Origin: the human T2T-CHM13v2.0 reference genome, Homo sapiens
Assembly (NCBI RefSeq): GCF_009914755.1
Contig: NC_060925.1
Direction: 5' to 3' (one strand)
DNA length: 64,000 nt
Below the pieces are notes generated by a model. The model ran no database searches. It was not told the origin of the DNA and worked only from the letters and a program-made list of their open reading frames with translations. Position numbers and translations under genes: made by a program. Positions 16,461 to 30,710 of this stretch are shown here, in pieces. Numbering within the stretch: position 1 is the stretch's first letter; each line of letters begins with the position of its first letter.

Positions 16461-16754
16461 TTGACTCATAATTGCTGTTCCCTCCTGCCTCCCTGCTTGT
16501 AAAAAGACTGAAAAGTTATGGTCTTTGCCCTCGAGAGCTTGCAGTCCAATTGGAAGAACAGGCTCAAAAGGCCAAGAAGACCCCTAAGAGTACTGGGCAA
16601 CAGGGTGGGGAAAGTGAATATACAGACAGATGGCTGTTGCAGACAAAGCTTCCCAAATGAAGCTACACTTCGGGACATCAGTGAGGGTGGTGGACAGGGA
16701 GAAGGCCAGTTCTGATGGAGTTGGTCACAAAAGTGCCAAGGAGAGATGCAGAAC

Positions 16755-16756
<2 letters not shown>

Positions 16757-16799
<43 letters not shown>
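16757..16799. repeat. (GT)21 perfect microsatellite
   Basis: Direct reading of the sequence. Confidence 0.97.
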
Positions 16800-16800
<1 letters not shown>

Positions 16801-16874
16801 TTGTGTGAAGAAACGTCTGCCAAACATATGTAAAAAAGAAACTAGAACGATCCCCCATGTACCTAATGTCTAAA

Positions 16875-17570
16875 TTTTAAAAATAAGTTATTGAGGTAAA
16901 ATTTGCATGACATAAAATTAATAATTTTCAAGTGAACGATTCAGTGACATTTAGCAGATTCACAATATTGTGCAGCTATCTCCTCTCTCTAGTTTCCAAA
17001 CTTTTTCTTCATCCCAGAAGATCACCCCATACCCATTGAAAAGTCATTCCCCATTCTCCCTCTCCCTATCCCCTGGCCATCACTAATCTGCTTTCTGTCA
17101 GTATGAATTTGCCTTTTCTGGATATTTCATATTAAAGAAATCATACAATATGTAGCCTTTTATAGCTGGCTTCTTTCACTTAGTTTTCACTAATGTTTTC
17201 AAGGTTCATCCACATTGCGGCATGCATCAGTACTACATCCCTTTTTATGGCTGAATAATATTCCATCATAGGTATATACCAGAATTTGTTTCTCCATTCA
17301 CCTGCAAATAGATTTTTGGACTGTTTCCACCTTTCTGCTATTATGCATAGTGCTGCTATGAACACATAAGTACATGTGCTTGTTTGAGTACCTGCTTTCG
17401 ATTCTTTGGGGCATTTATATACCTAGGAATGGAATTGCAGGGTCATGTGGTAATTCTGTGTTTAGCTTGTGGAGGAAATGCTAAGCTGTTTTCTAGAGGC
17501 TGCACCATGTTATGTTCCCACCAGCAGTGCATGAGGGCTCCAGTTTCCCCTCCTCTTCCTTGCTAGTGCT
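16875..17570 (-). mobile_element. L1MB 3' end (3' UTR plus ORF2 C-terminal remnant)
   Basis: ORF 17180-17365 MFIAAL..IAERWKQ..EYYSAIK is an L1 ORF2 C-terminus; L1MB 3' UTR motifs. Confidence 0.9.
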
Positions 17571-18067
17571 TGTCTTTTGACTTGAAGATGACCCCTTACA
17601 ATTTTACACACTGAACTCAGCACAGCAGGTGCCACCTTTTCCTCAAAGTGGGCCCAAAATCCCACCCAGCTTGGGCCAGGAGCCTTGGCCACTTCTCGAT
17701 TCTGCTTCCCATACTTGCTCTGGCATCGCCAACCTTGTCTTCTCTTAGGTTGGGAGACTGGACTTGTAGAAGTTGGAATATCCTGCTGTGATGGTCATCG
17801 GAGCAGAATAACCCAAAATATATGCAGTTTCCTGCACGGCGTGCCCCTGCCTGCCTAGCAACAGGTCAATTGGCTGGTTTCTGGGCTGGGCTGTCCTGCC
17901 TGCCCCTCGAGTGCCCTCTGTCTCCCCTGTCGCAGCCCCCAGAATCCCATTGTGTGACCACGTGGGATCTCAAAGTCTGCTGACCCTGCTGCTGGGATGT
18001 TTTCAGTCCTGCTTGGGTGCCCCAAAATGTCAGCTGGCTTGAAGGGATGTACACTGCTAGTAGGGTG

Positions 18068-18722
<655 letters not shown>

Positions 18723-19229
18723 CCCATACCGGGATAGAACACCAAATGTGCATAATAATAAGGGAGGGGGAAGGGCATCTGGGAGAGGCCTTGTGGTTCC
18801 TCTGGGCTCCTGTTTTGGTCTGAGTGACTCATCCAAGCAAATACAGAACAGGTGGAGGGGAAGAGAGTCATGATGGCAACGAAGAGGGCACTGGGGACTT
18901 CGGGGAGGTGGGAGAAGCAGTGTCCATGATCAATAATTTATTCCTGGATACTAGGCAGGAGGGCGTTGTCATGGCAACAGGCAGCTCCAGCAGGGACTCC
19001 TCTGGAGTCCCCTCTCCTCACTCCCTCCGCTCCCCCTCCTGCCTTCCCTGCTTTCTCTTGCCGCTTCCCTTCCTCATCATTTTCCTTGACTGTCTCAGGA
19101 GGCTTTTTGCGGAGTGGAGACTGCCTGCACCTGCTCCGTGTAGGAGCTCTGGGGCTCCCAACAGCCATGGCAGCTCCTTCCCCACCGGGGTCGTAACCCT
19201 GACTCTTCTTTCTGGAAAGACCCCAGTGA

Positions 19230-19721
<492 letters not shown>

Positions 19722-20934
19722 TAGATGGGACCATCCTTGGGACTGCTCATCATTGGCCACAGCAGTTGGTCCTTCATCTCTTCCTCCTGTCCTCAGTGGA
19801 TGGGAAGATGCCAGGAGCATATGGCCAACCAGAAAGTCTGTGTACCTCACTATACTGTAAGCTCCATGGCAGGGATTCTGTCCTTAGTGCCACATAGTGG
19901 GTGCCCAGTAAATTATCTGTGCTATATTGTGGAAAACATGAGACAGGTCTGAAGGATGTCTGAGACAACAACTGGGTCTTGGGTCTCTAAACCAATATTT
20001 CCCAGAGGCTGGGTCTTGGGTCCCGCAGCTGCACTGAAGGAATCCATTGAATATTTAAAGTTGTTTTTTATGCACATTAAAATTCACTGCTCCCATAATT
20101 TACTGGCTGTAACAACTAGTAAGGGATCTGGGCCTAAAATAACCATTTAAGACTTAATGTTATTAGTCTTGTAATTGCTGCTAAGGGTCTTGTCTTTTCT
20201 CTGAGTTTGTAAATCCTCATGCACAAAGATTAGGAAAACATACCCCTAAGCTGGAGGGCGCCAAGGGGACTGGGCAGTTGGAGACCAAACTCAGCTGCCT
20301 TCCTGATGTGTTGGTTTCCTAATAAAGCCTTGAGCTGGGGGTGCAGATATAGCCGTGGAGCATCTGTGAGCATCCTTGGGGATCAGGGAAGAAAGGGAGG
20401 GGTTACCCGGCAGAAGAGTGTGGCGTGGGCTGCCCTCATGACAAGCAGCTGCCAGTGGAGAAAAGAGCCTTATCTTCAGGGAAGGGACAGCTCCTTCCCA
20501 GCCTACAGGCTCACACCCTGATGGCCCAGGAGAGATAGCAGTGATGTTGTAATCAAATGGCCATGATACTGCAGGCAGGGATTAGAGTCACCAAGAAAAC
20601 TAGCTGTATTGGAAATGTCTTCCTCTGGCTTATCTCAGGAACTGTTCCTGCTTCTCCCTGCAGGGGATCATTTTCCAACATGCCTGTCTCTAGTCCTCAT
20701 CAAAAAGCATTTATGAAAGGCCTGATAAGTTTTGGTGTGGTGAGAGGTCAGGGCACATGGGCTGACTGTCACTGGAGTGTGGGCCAGTGTCCCCTGTGCC
20801 ACCCTCACTTGTCTGCCACCTGTGAGGGTCTCAACACTGCTGCCTGTGAGAGCTGCCAACCAGAGCCATCAGCTGCTGCTCTCCCATACCAGAGCTCTCC
20901 TAGCAGAATTTAGCACAGAAATTCTGCCCACTTC

Positions 20935-22167
<1,233 letters not shown>

Positions 22168-22369
22168 TCTTCTCACTTCTTGACACATGCCAGTCTGTGT
22201 CTTCTTTTGAGCGAGTGGACAGCCTCCCTGTACCCACTCCAGACTCATGAACTTTGGCAGCCACTTTTGGTTGGTTTCTGGTTCTTAGCCTCTGGTCAAG
22301 ACGCAGTGACATGGGTGGACACAACATGGGGATCTAGCATTAACAATGGGGTGATTTCTAATTATTTTT

Positions 22370-22862
22370 AGTGGTGTTACCAGATCTTATTTACTCATAC
22401 ATGTGCTGTCCTCTGAAACTGTACCATGTTGTGGGCTGCATATTTGTTCCTATAATGAAGCCAGTGCTCAAAACCTTGTTTCATCCTGTGTAGGAATAGC
22501 CTTCAGAGTTCTTGCCTTGATAATCATTCTTTGCTTTTGACACTAAACAGTATTCCCAACTGCATCACCCACCATCTTTCCCATTCTTGGCTCTATCTTT
22601 CAACTTAAGAAAAAAAATTACCATCTACCCTCATAGGATAAAGATTTGTCACCATGGGGTCCCATCAAAAGAATATACTGTAGGCTTGAAAGCAGTTCCA
22701 AAAGAAAAGCTTCTGAAATGTTCTAAGCACTGGTGGGTGCATTGTTGGAATATGTATATAGCTTCCCAAGGGGACTTCTTTGAAGGAGACAGCACTAATT
22801 TAAATGTATAAATTCTGGTGTGTTCATTTAAAAGATCAGCTGGAAGGCTTTATAGGCATATA
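22370..22862. mobile_element. Fold-back mariner fossil (MARNA-like)
   Basis: Translates LHHPPSFPFLAL (like HPPYSPDLAP) and LKAVPKEKLLKCSKHW..CWNMYIASQGDFFEGD (mariner transposase C-terminus); inverted arms. Confidence 0.85.
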
Positions 22863-23947
22863 ATAAAAAGTCGATGTGAATGGTTATTGAATTATGTACA
22901 CCTCCAGGAAATCAAAGAAAGAGTTTTACTTTAGGAGTTTTAGAGAGATCAAGTTTAAAATATAACCTGGGAGTTTGGTGGGATGGTTAACACAAAATAG
23001 TATTACCCAGCTGCTAGAGAGGAGAAGGGTCAGTGGGGAGACCAAAGGCTTGGAACAAGCATCTCATCTTCATAAGGGTTAGGAGGTCACTTAGGTAGTC
23101 TGGCTAGGAAGGGGAAGTTGCTATTTTTATTATTCTTTATCTTTGGAGGGCAGTGTGAGGAGGGAGGCTGGTGAGAAGTACAGGTGAACTGGAACCTTGG
23201 TGAGTTAAGTTTTTAAATTTTTTAAATAGCACATCTCTTGCTATAGCCTAGACTACTCAAGGCTTCCCTGTAAACTTCAAATATTTTAGCCAGCTTTGGA
23301 AGCCTGGCAGAGAAGCTTTGGACCAAGCACTTAGGCCAATGTGCTGGGTGTGTTTGACCTACTGGATGTGGTGCTTTTCCTCCTCGTTCAAAAACTAAAG
23401 TCAGCACAGAATGGGGTAGAAGTAAAGTCATCTGGAGAGTAGACTGGAGGGAAGTGATGGGTCAGAGTTTAGTCTGGTTCTTTCGAGATTTCAGAGGTAC
23501 ACTGGAGACTGGTGACACTGTCCCTATTTGACAACCAGGCCTGGGAAGTGGATGACAGGGTCAGCGGAATTTCAGAGCCAAGAATAGATCCCCAGCTCCA
23601 TGCCATCACCACAGTAACTCACTCCGGAGTTTGAAGAATATCGCCCTCTGGGGAAATAGCGCTTCTGAAAACTGTTTCATGTCTTTGTCTCATTTATCCC
23701 AGCAATCATTTATTTGGGGTCAGATATTGATGGATTTGACAGCAAAGCAGTGAAGGATGTTGCAGTGATTTTTAAAAACATTTTTATTGTGATGAAACAC
23801 AGTTGTCTATATAATAGAAAACTTGCTATTTCAACCATTTTGTAGACATACAACTCAGTTACATTTAGTATATTCACAATGTTGTGTAACCATCACTACT
23901 TTTCTGTTTCCAGAACGTTTTCACCCCAGACAGAAACTCTGTAACCA

Positions 23948-24370
23948 GCCAGGCGCAGTGGCTCAGGTCTGTAATCCTAGCACTTTGGAAGGCCGAGGGG
24001 GGTGGATCAACTGAGGTCAGGAGTTCGAGACCAGTCTAGCCAACATGGTGAACCCCGTCTCTACTAAAAATACAAAAATTAGTCAGGCGTGGTGGCGGGT
24101 GCCTGTAGTCCCACTACTCGGGAGCCTGAGCCAGAAGAATTGCTTGAACCCAGGGGGCAGAGGTTGCAGTGAGCCAAGATCGCGCCACTTTACTCCAGCC
24201 TAGGTGAAAAAGCAAGACTCTGTCTCAAAAAAAAAAAAAAAAGAAAGAAGGAAAAGAAAGAAAAGGAAGGAAGGAAGGATGGAAAGAAGAAAGGGAAAGG
24301 AAAGGAGGAAGAAAGAGAGAGAGAAAGAGAGAAAGAAAGAAAGAGAAAGAAAAGAAAGAAAGAAAAAGAA
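23948..24370 (+). mobile_element. AluS with expanded GA-rich tail (about 24226-24370)
   Basis: TSD AGAAACTCT(G/A)TAACCA at 23932-23947 and 24371-24386 brackets the Alu plus its purine tail. Confidence 0.95.
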
Positions 24371-25491
24371 AGAAACTCTATAACCATTAAGCATTAACTT
24401 CCTATTATCTACTCCTCCCAGCCTTTGGTAATCTTGAATCTACTCTCTGTCTCTACGAATTTGTCCATTACATTACATATATTTCACATAAATGGAATCA
24501 TACAGTATTTGTTCTTTTGTGTCTGGTTTATTTCACTTAGCATAATATTTTCAAGGTTGAAATGTATCAGAACTTCATTCTTTTTTATTGCTGAATAATA
24601 TTCCATGGTATGAATGCACACCGTTTTGTTTATCCACTCATCTGTTGAGGACACTTGCATTGTCTCCATCTTTTGGCTGTTGTGAACAATGCTGCAGTGA
24701 ATATTGTATATAAGTACCTGTTTGAATTCCTGTTTTCAGTTCTTTTGGGTATACACCCAGGAGTGAAATTGCAGGGTCGTATATTAACTCTTATGTTTAA
24801 CTTTTTGAGAAACTACCAGACTGTTTTCCAAAGTGGCTGCACTATTTTACATTCCCATCCAGCAGTGTACAAGTGTTCCAATTTCTCCACATCCTCACCA
24901 ACACTTGTTATTTTTCATTTTATTGATTATAGCCATCCTCTACACATCCTATAGTAGGTGTGAAGTGGTATCTCATTGTTTTGATTTGCATTTCCCTATA
25001 ATGATTAATGATATTGAACATCTTTTCATGTGCTTCTTGGCCATTTATGTGTCTTCTCTGGAGAAATGTCTGTTCAAAGTTCCTTGCTGTTTTTAAATTG
25101 GCTTTTGGTCTTTTGTTGTGGTTATTGTTGTTGGGTTTTAGGAGTTCCTGATATAGCCTGGATATTAAACCCTTATTAAGTGGAATAAGCTGTATCTTCA
25201 CAGCACAAACCCTCAGCCTACCCTAGAGAACCTTGGGATTTGCATCTGTTTTCTCCCGTTCTGTAGGTTGTCTTTTCACTTTATTGATAACATCCTTCAA
25301 TACATAAAAGATTTACATTTTGATGAAGCCCAATTTATCTCACCTTGTTGCTGGTGCATTGGTGTTACATCTAAAAGTCCATTAACAAACCCAAGGTTAT
25401 GAAGTTTTACTTCTAGTTTTCTTCTAAGAGTTTTATGGTTTTAGCACTCATATTTGGGTCGTTGACCCATTTTTGACTCAGTTTTTATATA

Positions 25492-25826
25492 TATTAGTGC
25501 CCCTTTATCCATGAGGGATACATTTCAAGATCCCCAGTGGTTGCCTGAAACCATGGGTAGTACTGAACCCCATATATACTATGTTTTTTCTTATGCATAC
25601 ATAGCTATGTTAAAGTTTAATTTATAAATTAGGCACAGTAACAGATTAACAGCAATAACTAATAATAAAATAGAAAACTTATACTGTAATAAAAGTCATG
25701 TGAATGTAGTCTCTCTCTCTCAAAATATCTTAATGTACTGTATTCACCTATTTTCAGACCACAGTTGACCTTGGGTAACAGAGACCTCAGAAATCAAAAC
25801 TTTCAATAAGGCAGGGGGGACTACTG
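25492..25826. mobile_element. MER44A-like Tigger MITE
   Basis: Inverted ends TAGTGCCCCTTTATCC ... GGGGGGACTACTG followed by TA; typical MER44 body. Confidence 0.88.
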
Positions 25827-26199
25827 TAGTGTGAGGTTTGTAGTTTGGGGTATAACTTCATTCTTTTGATGTGGAAATACAGTTTTCCTAGCACCATTTG
25901 TTGAAGAAACTGTTCTTTCCCCATTGAGTGGACTTGGTACTCTTGTCAAAAATCAGTTGACCATAGAAATATGGGTTTATTTGTGGACTCTCAATTCTAT
26001 TCCATTGGTATGAAAGTTTTTCCTTATCCCACTACAACACTGATTTGATTACCATAGCTTTGTAGTATGTTTTGAAATCAGGAAATGTGAGTCTCTGACT
26101 TTATTCTTCTTCTTCAAGATTGTTTTGCCTAGTTGAGGCCTCTTGCAATTTCATATGAATTTGAGTATAATCATTCTTGAGCATAGTGCTGGCTTCTGT

Positions 26200-26395
26200 T
26201 GGCTGAATACCCAGAGGTAGAACTGTGGGGCCACAGGATAGAAGTATGTTCAGCCTTAGTACACACCGGCAGTTTTACAAAGTGATTGTGCCAATTTACC
26301 CTTCTGCCAGCAGTGTATGGGAGTTCCATTTGTACCACACCCTTATCAATATTTGATATGCCAATCCTTTTGTAAAATTTAACCTTTCTGGTAGA
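26200..26395 (-). mobile_element. Old L1M fragment
   Basis: CAAAGTGATTGTGCCAATTTACCCTTCTGCCAGCAGTGTATGGGAGTTCC. Confidence 0.65.
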
Positions 26396-27019
26396 CTGCC
26401 CTAAAATTATGAGTCAAACATTGCTATCTCCTTCAAGGGGCAGCCAAAGTGCAGTCATCCACAACTTTGCTCAAGTGGACTTTCTCCTAGCACTGGGTCT
26501 TGGAGATTGCTTCTTGCTTCCTTCCCCATCAGCAGCAATCAGGGTCTAGCTCAGGTCCGGAGGCTGGAGCTCTGGCTGGTGGAAGAGGCAGAATAAGCTG
26601 TATCCTCACACTGCCAAACCTCAGCCCACCTGAGAGAATCTTGGGATTTGGAGTGTGTGCGTAGTGGGGGCAGAGAGGATGATCAAGGGATGCTAAAGGA
26701 AAAATGGTAACTGGATGCCGTCTTGGCTGCAGGAGTTGGATATGATTCCAGTGTGGATGGGGCTTTTGGAGCTATGCCGAGCCCTTGAGAGGTCAGTTCT
26801 TAGGTAACCATGCTTCCAAGAATTAAGAAGCTGGCAGACCTGTCTCATTTGACCTTGAAAAGGCTCTTTCAGCTACCGATCCTGAGTCCAGAAAGGGTAA
26901 AAGGCTTTTCCCAGCCCTACAGCACCCTGGGGCTGGAAACTCTCAGGCCTGTGCCTTATACTTGCTCAGCTCTAAAGGCCCTGAGGCAGTGAGCACTCTT
27001 TCCACTCACAGCTTGCTGC

Positions 27020-27460
27020 ATAGGTGAACTCAAGTTTAGTAAACATTCACTGCAAGCCTGTGTGTGCAATACATCAAACTAGGCACCTTGGAAGCTGCAA
27101 AGGACATAATATGAACTCCCTGACTATAAGTTTTTCATCATCTGGTAGAGGAGGAAATATCTGCACATATCATTACAATGAATCTTTGCTTAGTGATGGA
27201 GATACATAATGTCCTTTGGAAGCCAGGGCAGGAGAGTTCATGTCCCACCTTGAGAGATTTGGTGTACCATATCCATGGTTAGTGCGTGGACATGAAGGGT
27301 TGGATTGGCTTCCTGGAGGAGGTGGCATTGGTACTGGGCCTTAGAGGATGAATAGGATTTGTTGGGCAAATTTTACTCCAGAGATGGAGTAAAGGAATTG
27401 TAGGCAAAGAAACAAAAAAAGCAGCAGTGTAGATGTTACTATCCTGGACATTTGGAGAAA
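27020..27460 (-). mobile_element. L2 fragment
   Basis: GGAGGAGGTGGCATTGG..GGGCCTTAGAGGATGAATAGGATTT, L2-like. Confidence 0.55.
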
Positions 27461-27644
27461 AACAGGTGCAGTCGGATTACTGAATGCTGACAAGGGGGGA
27501 CCCCTAGATGTCAGCCTGGAGGAGCTAGATTTGATTTTGCAGAAACAGGGAGTCCCTGTTGGATTTGCACATGGAAGATTTATTTAGTGTTGCTCCTAAT
27601 TGGAGAGCATTCTGGTAACAACAGGGAGACCATGGGACTGCTCC

Positions 27645-27788
27645 ACCCACACAGAAACAGAAATACAATACCCATATCCAGATAGGCATATGTGCCCACA
27701 AACACACATACAGGAACTAGGACAAACAAACACACTGAGACCTAGAGACCCACATATCAAAACACATAGTCATACTATCAGAACTCAC

Positions 27789-27819
<31 letters not shown>

Positions 27820-28190
27820 CACAATCCGTAAACCCAAGAAAACACATATTCAATACCACACACATGTCCTGAATACCTATAGACACATGAAGGCTGACAG
27901 ATGCCCACATGTACTGAGTCACACTAAGGCACACACATATAAGTCAGATAGATCCCCTGTGCCTGATATACACAAACGCCCACCAAGCCTGGCAGGTATA
28001 CATGCACATTTAGACTTATACATACACCAACACGCTTACACACACACACACGGCCAGAACATGCTCACACTCACTGAAGCCCCTCCCCAGAGACACACAT
28101 GCTATCTGCGCACTCATGGTCACACGCTCATGCATAGGCACAGCCACAGGCAGACCCACATAGCAGCCACTCCAAGCAGAGACAGAGACA
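27645..28190. repeat. Degenerate CA-rich low-complexity tract with a perfect (CA)n core at about 27790-27816
   Basis: About 550 bp of recurrent ACAC/CACAT words. Confidence 0.85.
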
Positions 28191-29919
28191 GGCCCTGGCG
28201 GGTACCGACTCAGCCCATGGCTGCCTGGTGGCACCTCACACCCTCCTCCAAGGCTCTCTTCTAAATGACTTGTCTCTTGGCTTCCAGCCCTGGGTCATCC
28301 TGGGGTCTCAGCCCTGGACAGGCCCTCGAGGCAGTCACATCCTACCTCCTACTCAGTGCTGAGATTTCTAAGCTCCTCTGACAGGGTTACCCAGCTTCTG
28401 CTTAAATATTTCAGACAAAATACTTTGTGGTGACAAGTTTCCCGTTGTAATAGCGTTCACTTTCCACGCTGGGAAATGGGGATTATGCACCCAGGGATGA
28501 GACTGGACCCTTCACTGCAGTAGTTACAGTCAGTGAGCAAATCCAGCTGGACGGCCTCTGGCCTGCTCAGTCCACCCTGTCCCCAAGTCCCTGTGGGCTG
28601 CACTTGGCCACAGGATCAACAGTTCCCCTAAGTCATTGTATTGCTGATCTCTTCTGGTGTGGGAGAGCAGGTGGGCTGGATGTGGCACACCAGACCTCTT
28701 TGGAGGGAGCTGTGGCTGGCAGGGGAGTAAGCCTTGGGGAATCGGAGGAGCACGACCTGGCTGCCCTGCCTAGGATGCCTAGGACATGCTGGCGCTCTCC
28801 CCCAGGCAGGCCAGCTGTTACTAGAGCCACTCTGCATTGGCACGGGCTGTCCTCTGTGAATGTGACCCACATTCAGGCCTGCCCAGCAGCTGTCTTCCCC
28901 TACCACATTCCTCTTTCTGGCTGCCAACCCCTCCTGGCTTCCTGTTCCCTATCGGCATTAGGCTCCCTGGGTTGAGAAAGGGGCTGCTGTCCACAGGTGG
29001 CTTTGGGAGATGGGCTGGGCAGGTGTGGCTGCCTCTATGAGGAGAAAAGCCGCAGGAACTGCAAAGCGATGGCTTCCAACACTGAGCTGAGCTCAGAGCA
29101 GGCAGAGAACAGGAGGCAGGAGCATGGGGGCAGCTACCCTCTGGGTCTGCCCACCCCTCCAACCCCCAGGCCACCCAGCAGGGGGTCATCTGGATGTCAC
29201 CTGATTTTCTCAGCATTTTATCCCCTTTTGTTCCGCTTCAATGTGGGATCAATCTGATCTCTCCATTAACCCCTCTGTACCTTGCTGATATGGAAAAGGG
29301 CTGCCTCTTCCGGGGCAGAACTTTGCCCCTGACCTGGGCTGCTCACTCTGTTCTGGCTCTGAGTCTTAGGGCCAACGCCTTCCATCCTGGTTGTGCCTTT
29401 CCCCTCTATCCTTCCCATTCCCTTACAAACTCCATTAGCCCTGTATTCATTATAGGCAAGAGAAATGGCTCAACAGGAGCCCCTGTGAAAAGGCCAGATG
29501 GGGGCTAGATGTGGGGCTGGAGGGAGCCAGGGTGGGAGTGCGGGTTGTTGACTTGAAGCTCAGTATGAGCCAATAGTGGGATGTGGTGGTTGAAGAGGCA
29601 TCACAACATGAGCCTGTCCCAAAGGGCTGCCCCGTGCACCCTGTGTGGGGAAATTATGCCCTGCCCTGGGCGCCATACCACAATGAGTACTTTATCTTGT
29701 TAACAAAAGTGATTTATGTTTACATTGCAGAACACTTAGAAAAGATAAATAAACACAAAGGGAAAAAAAGCAAATTATCCATAATTTCACTGCTCAAAGA
29801 TAGTCATTCTTCTCCTATATTTATAATCTGTTTTTTACTCAATCTTCCATTTGATTAAAATATTTTACTATATTATTTTATCATTTTGATAAAATATATC
29901 ATATTTCATTGCTTATGAG

Positions 29920-30160
29920 AGTATTAAGAGTACAGGCCAGTTTCTTAGCATTTACCATATGTATTAGGTACTGTCATTTAGAGAATCTTTGTACTCAAGT
30001 TGACTGTGATCCCAGTTGTACAAATAAGGAAACTGAGGCACAGTTTCCCGAGGCTCGCCTGCACTAAGTAACTTGCCCAAGGCAACATGGCCAATAAATG
30101 GCAGAGCCAAATTTTGAACCCAGGTCGCCTGCTCCAGAGCTCTTATAATCTCCACACTAT
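29920..30160 (-). mobile_element. MIR
   Basis: ACAAATAAGGAAACTGAGGCACAG...AAGTAACTTGCCCAAGGCAACATGG...TTTGAACCCAGG. Confidence 0.8.
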
Positions 30161-30489
30161 ACTGACTTTCAAACCATGGGCGTGCCATAGTTTGTTTATC
30201 ATTTCCTGTAGTGATGGTTGTTTAGGTTGTTTCTAACTTTTTCTTATCATTATAAACAATATTCTGCTGAATATTTGTGTGACTTAAATATTTTAATTAT
30301 CTTTGATTATTTAAGATCCATTCCCAGAAATGGAATTTATGCAATGAAGGGTATAAACATTTTTAAGATGTTTTCATGTTTTTCCAAACTCCCTTCTGGG
30401 AATGCTGTTATCAGGGGACGCCTCCTCCAGGAGGGTAGGAGAGCTGAGCCTTACACTCTAGGAGAATCTCTGACCCAGTGAAGTTTGTC

Positions 30490-30710
30490 CATCTCAGAGG
30501 AAGCAGGACAATGTGGTGAGTGGAAATAGTTTCATCAGGGGAGGTTGAAGGGACTGGAGATATTTAGCCTGCAGAAGATAGGGACAAGGGCCACACGCAT
30601 GGCTGTAATCAAATGTGTAATGGGCTGTCAAGTGAAAGAGAGAGGTTTGTCCTGAGGCTCTCGAGCAGAAGTGGACCAGGGGACCAAAGTTGCGGAGAGC
30701 CATTGTTCTG
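30490..30710 (+). mobile_element. L3/CR1 LINE fragment
   Basis: GGTTGAAGGGACTGGAGATATTTAGCCTGCAGAAGA resembles CR1 RT C-terminus RL.ELG.FSLEK. Confidence 0.7.

Larger units (their letters stand above)
23770..26170 (-). mobile_element. L1MB fragment (3' UTR and ORF2 end) interrupted by an Alu, MER44 and a 60-bp insert
   Basis: L1 ORF2-like peptides in ORFs 24484-24669 and 24920-25201; continuous L1 consensus across the interruptions. Confidence 0.9.

Noticed and set aside
22587-22811. Transposase-like ORF as a functional domesticated gene
   Set aside because: TTG start, catalytic motif degenerate, middle part frameshifted relative to transposase; a fossil only.
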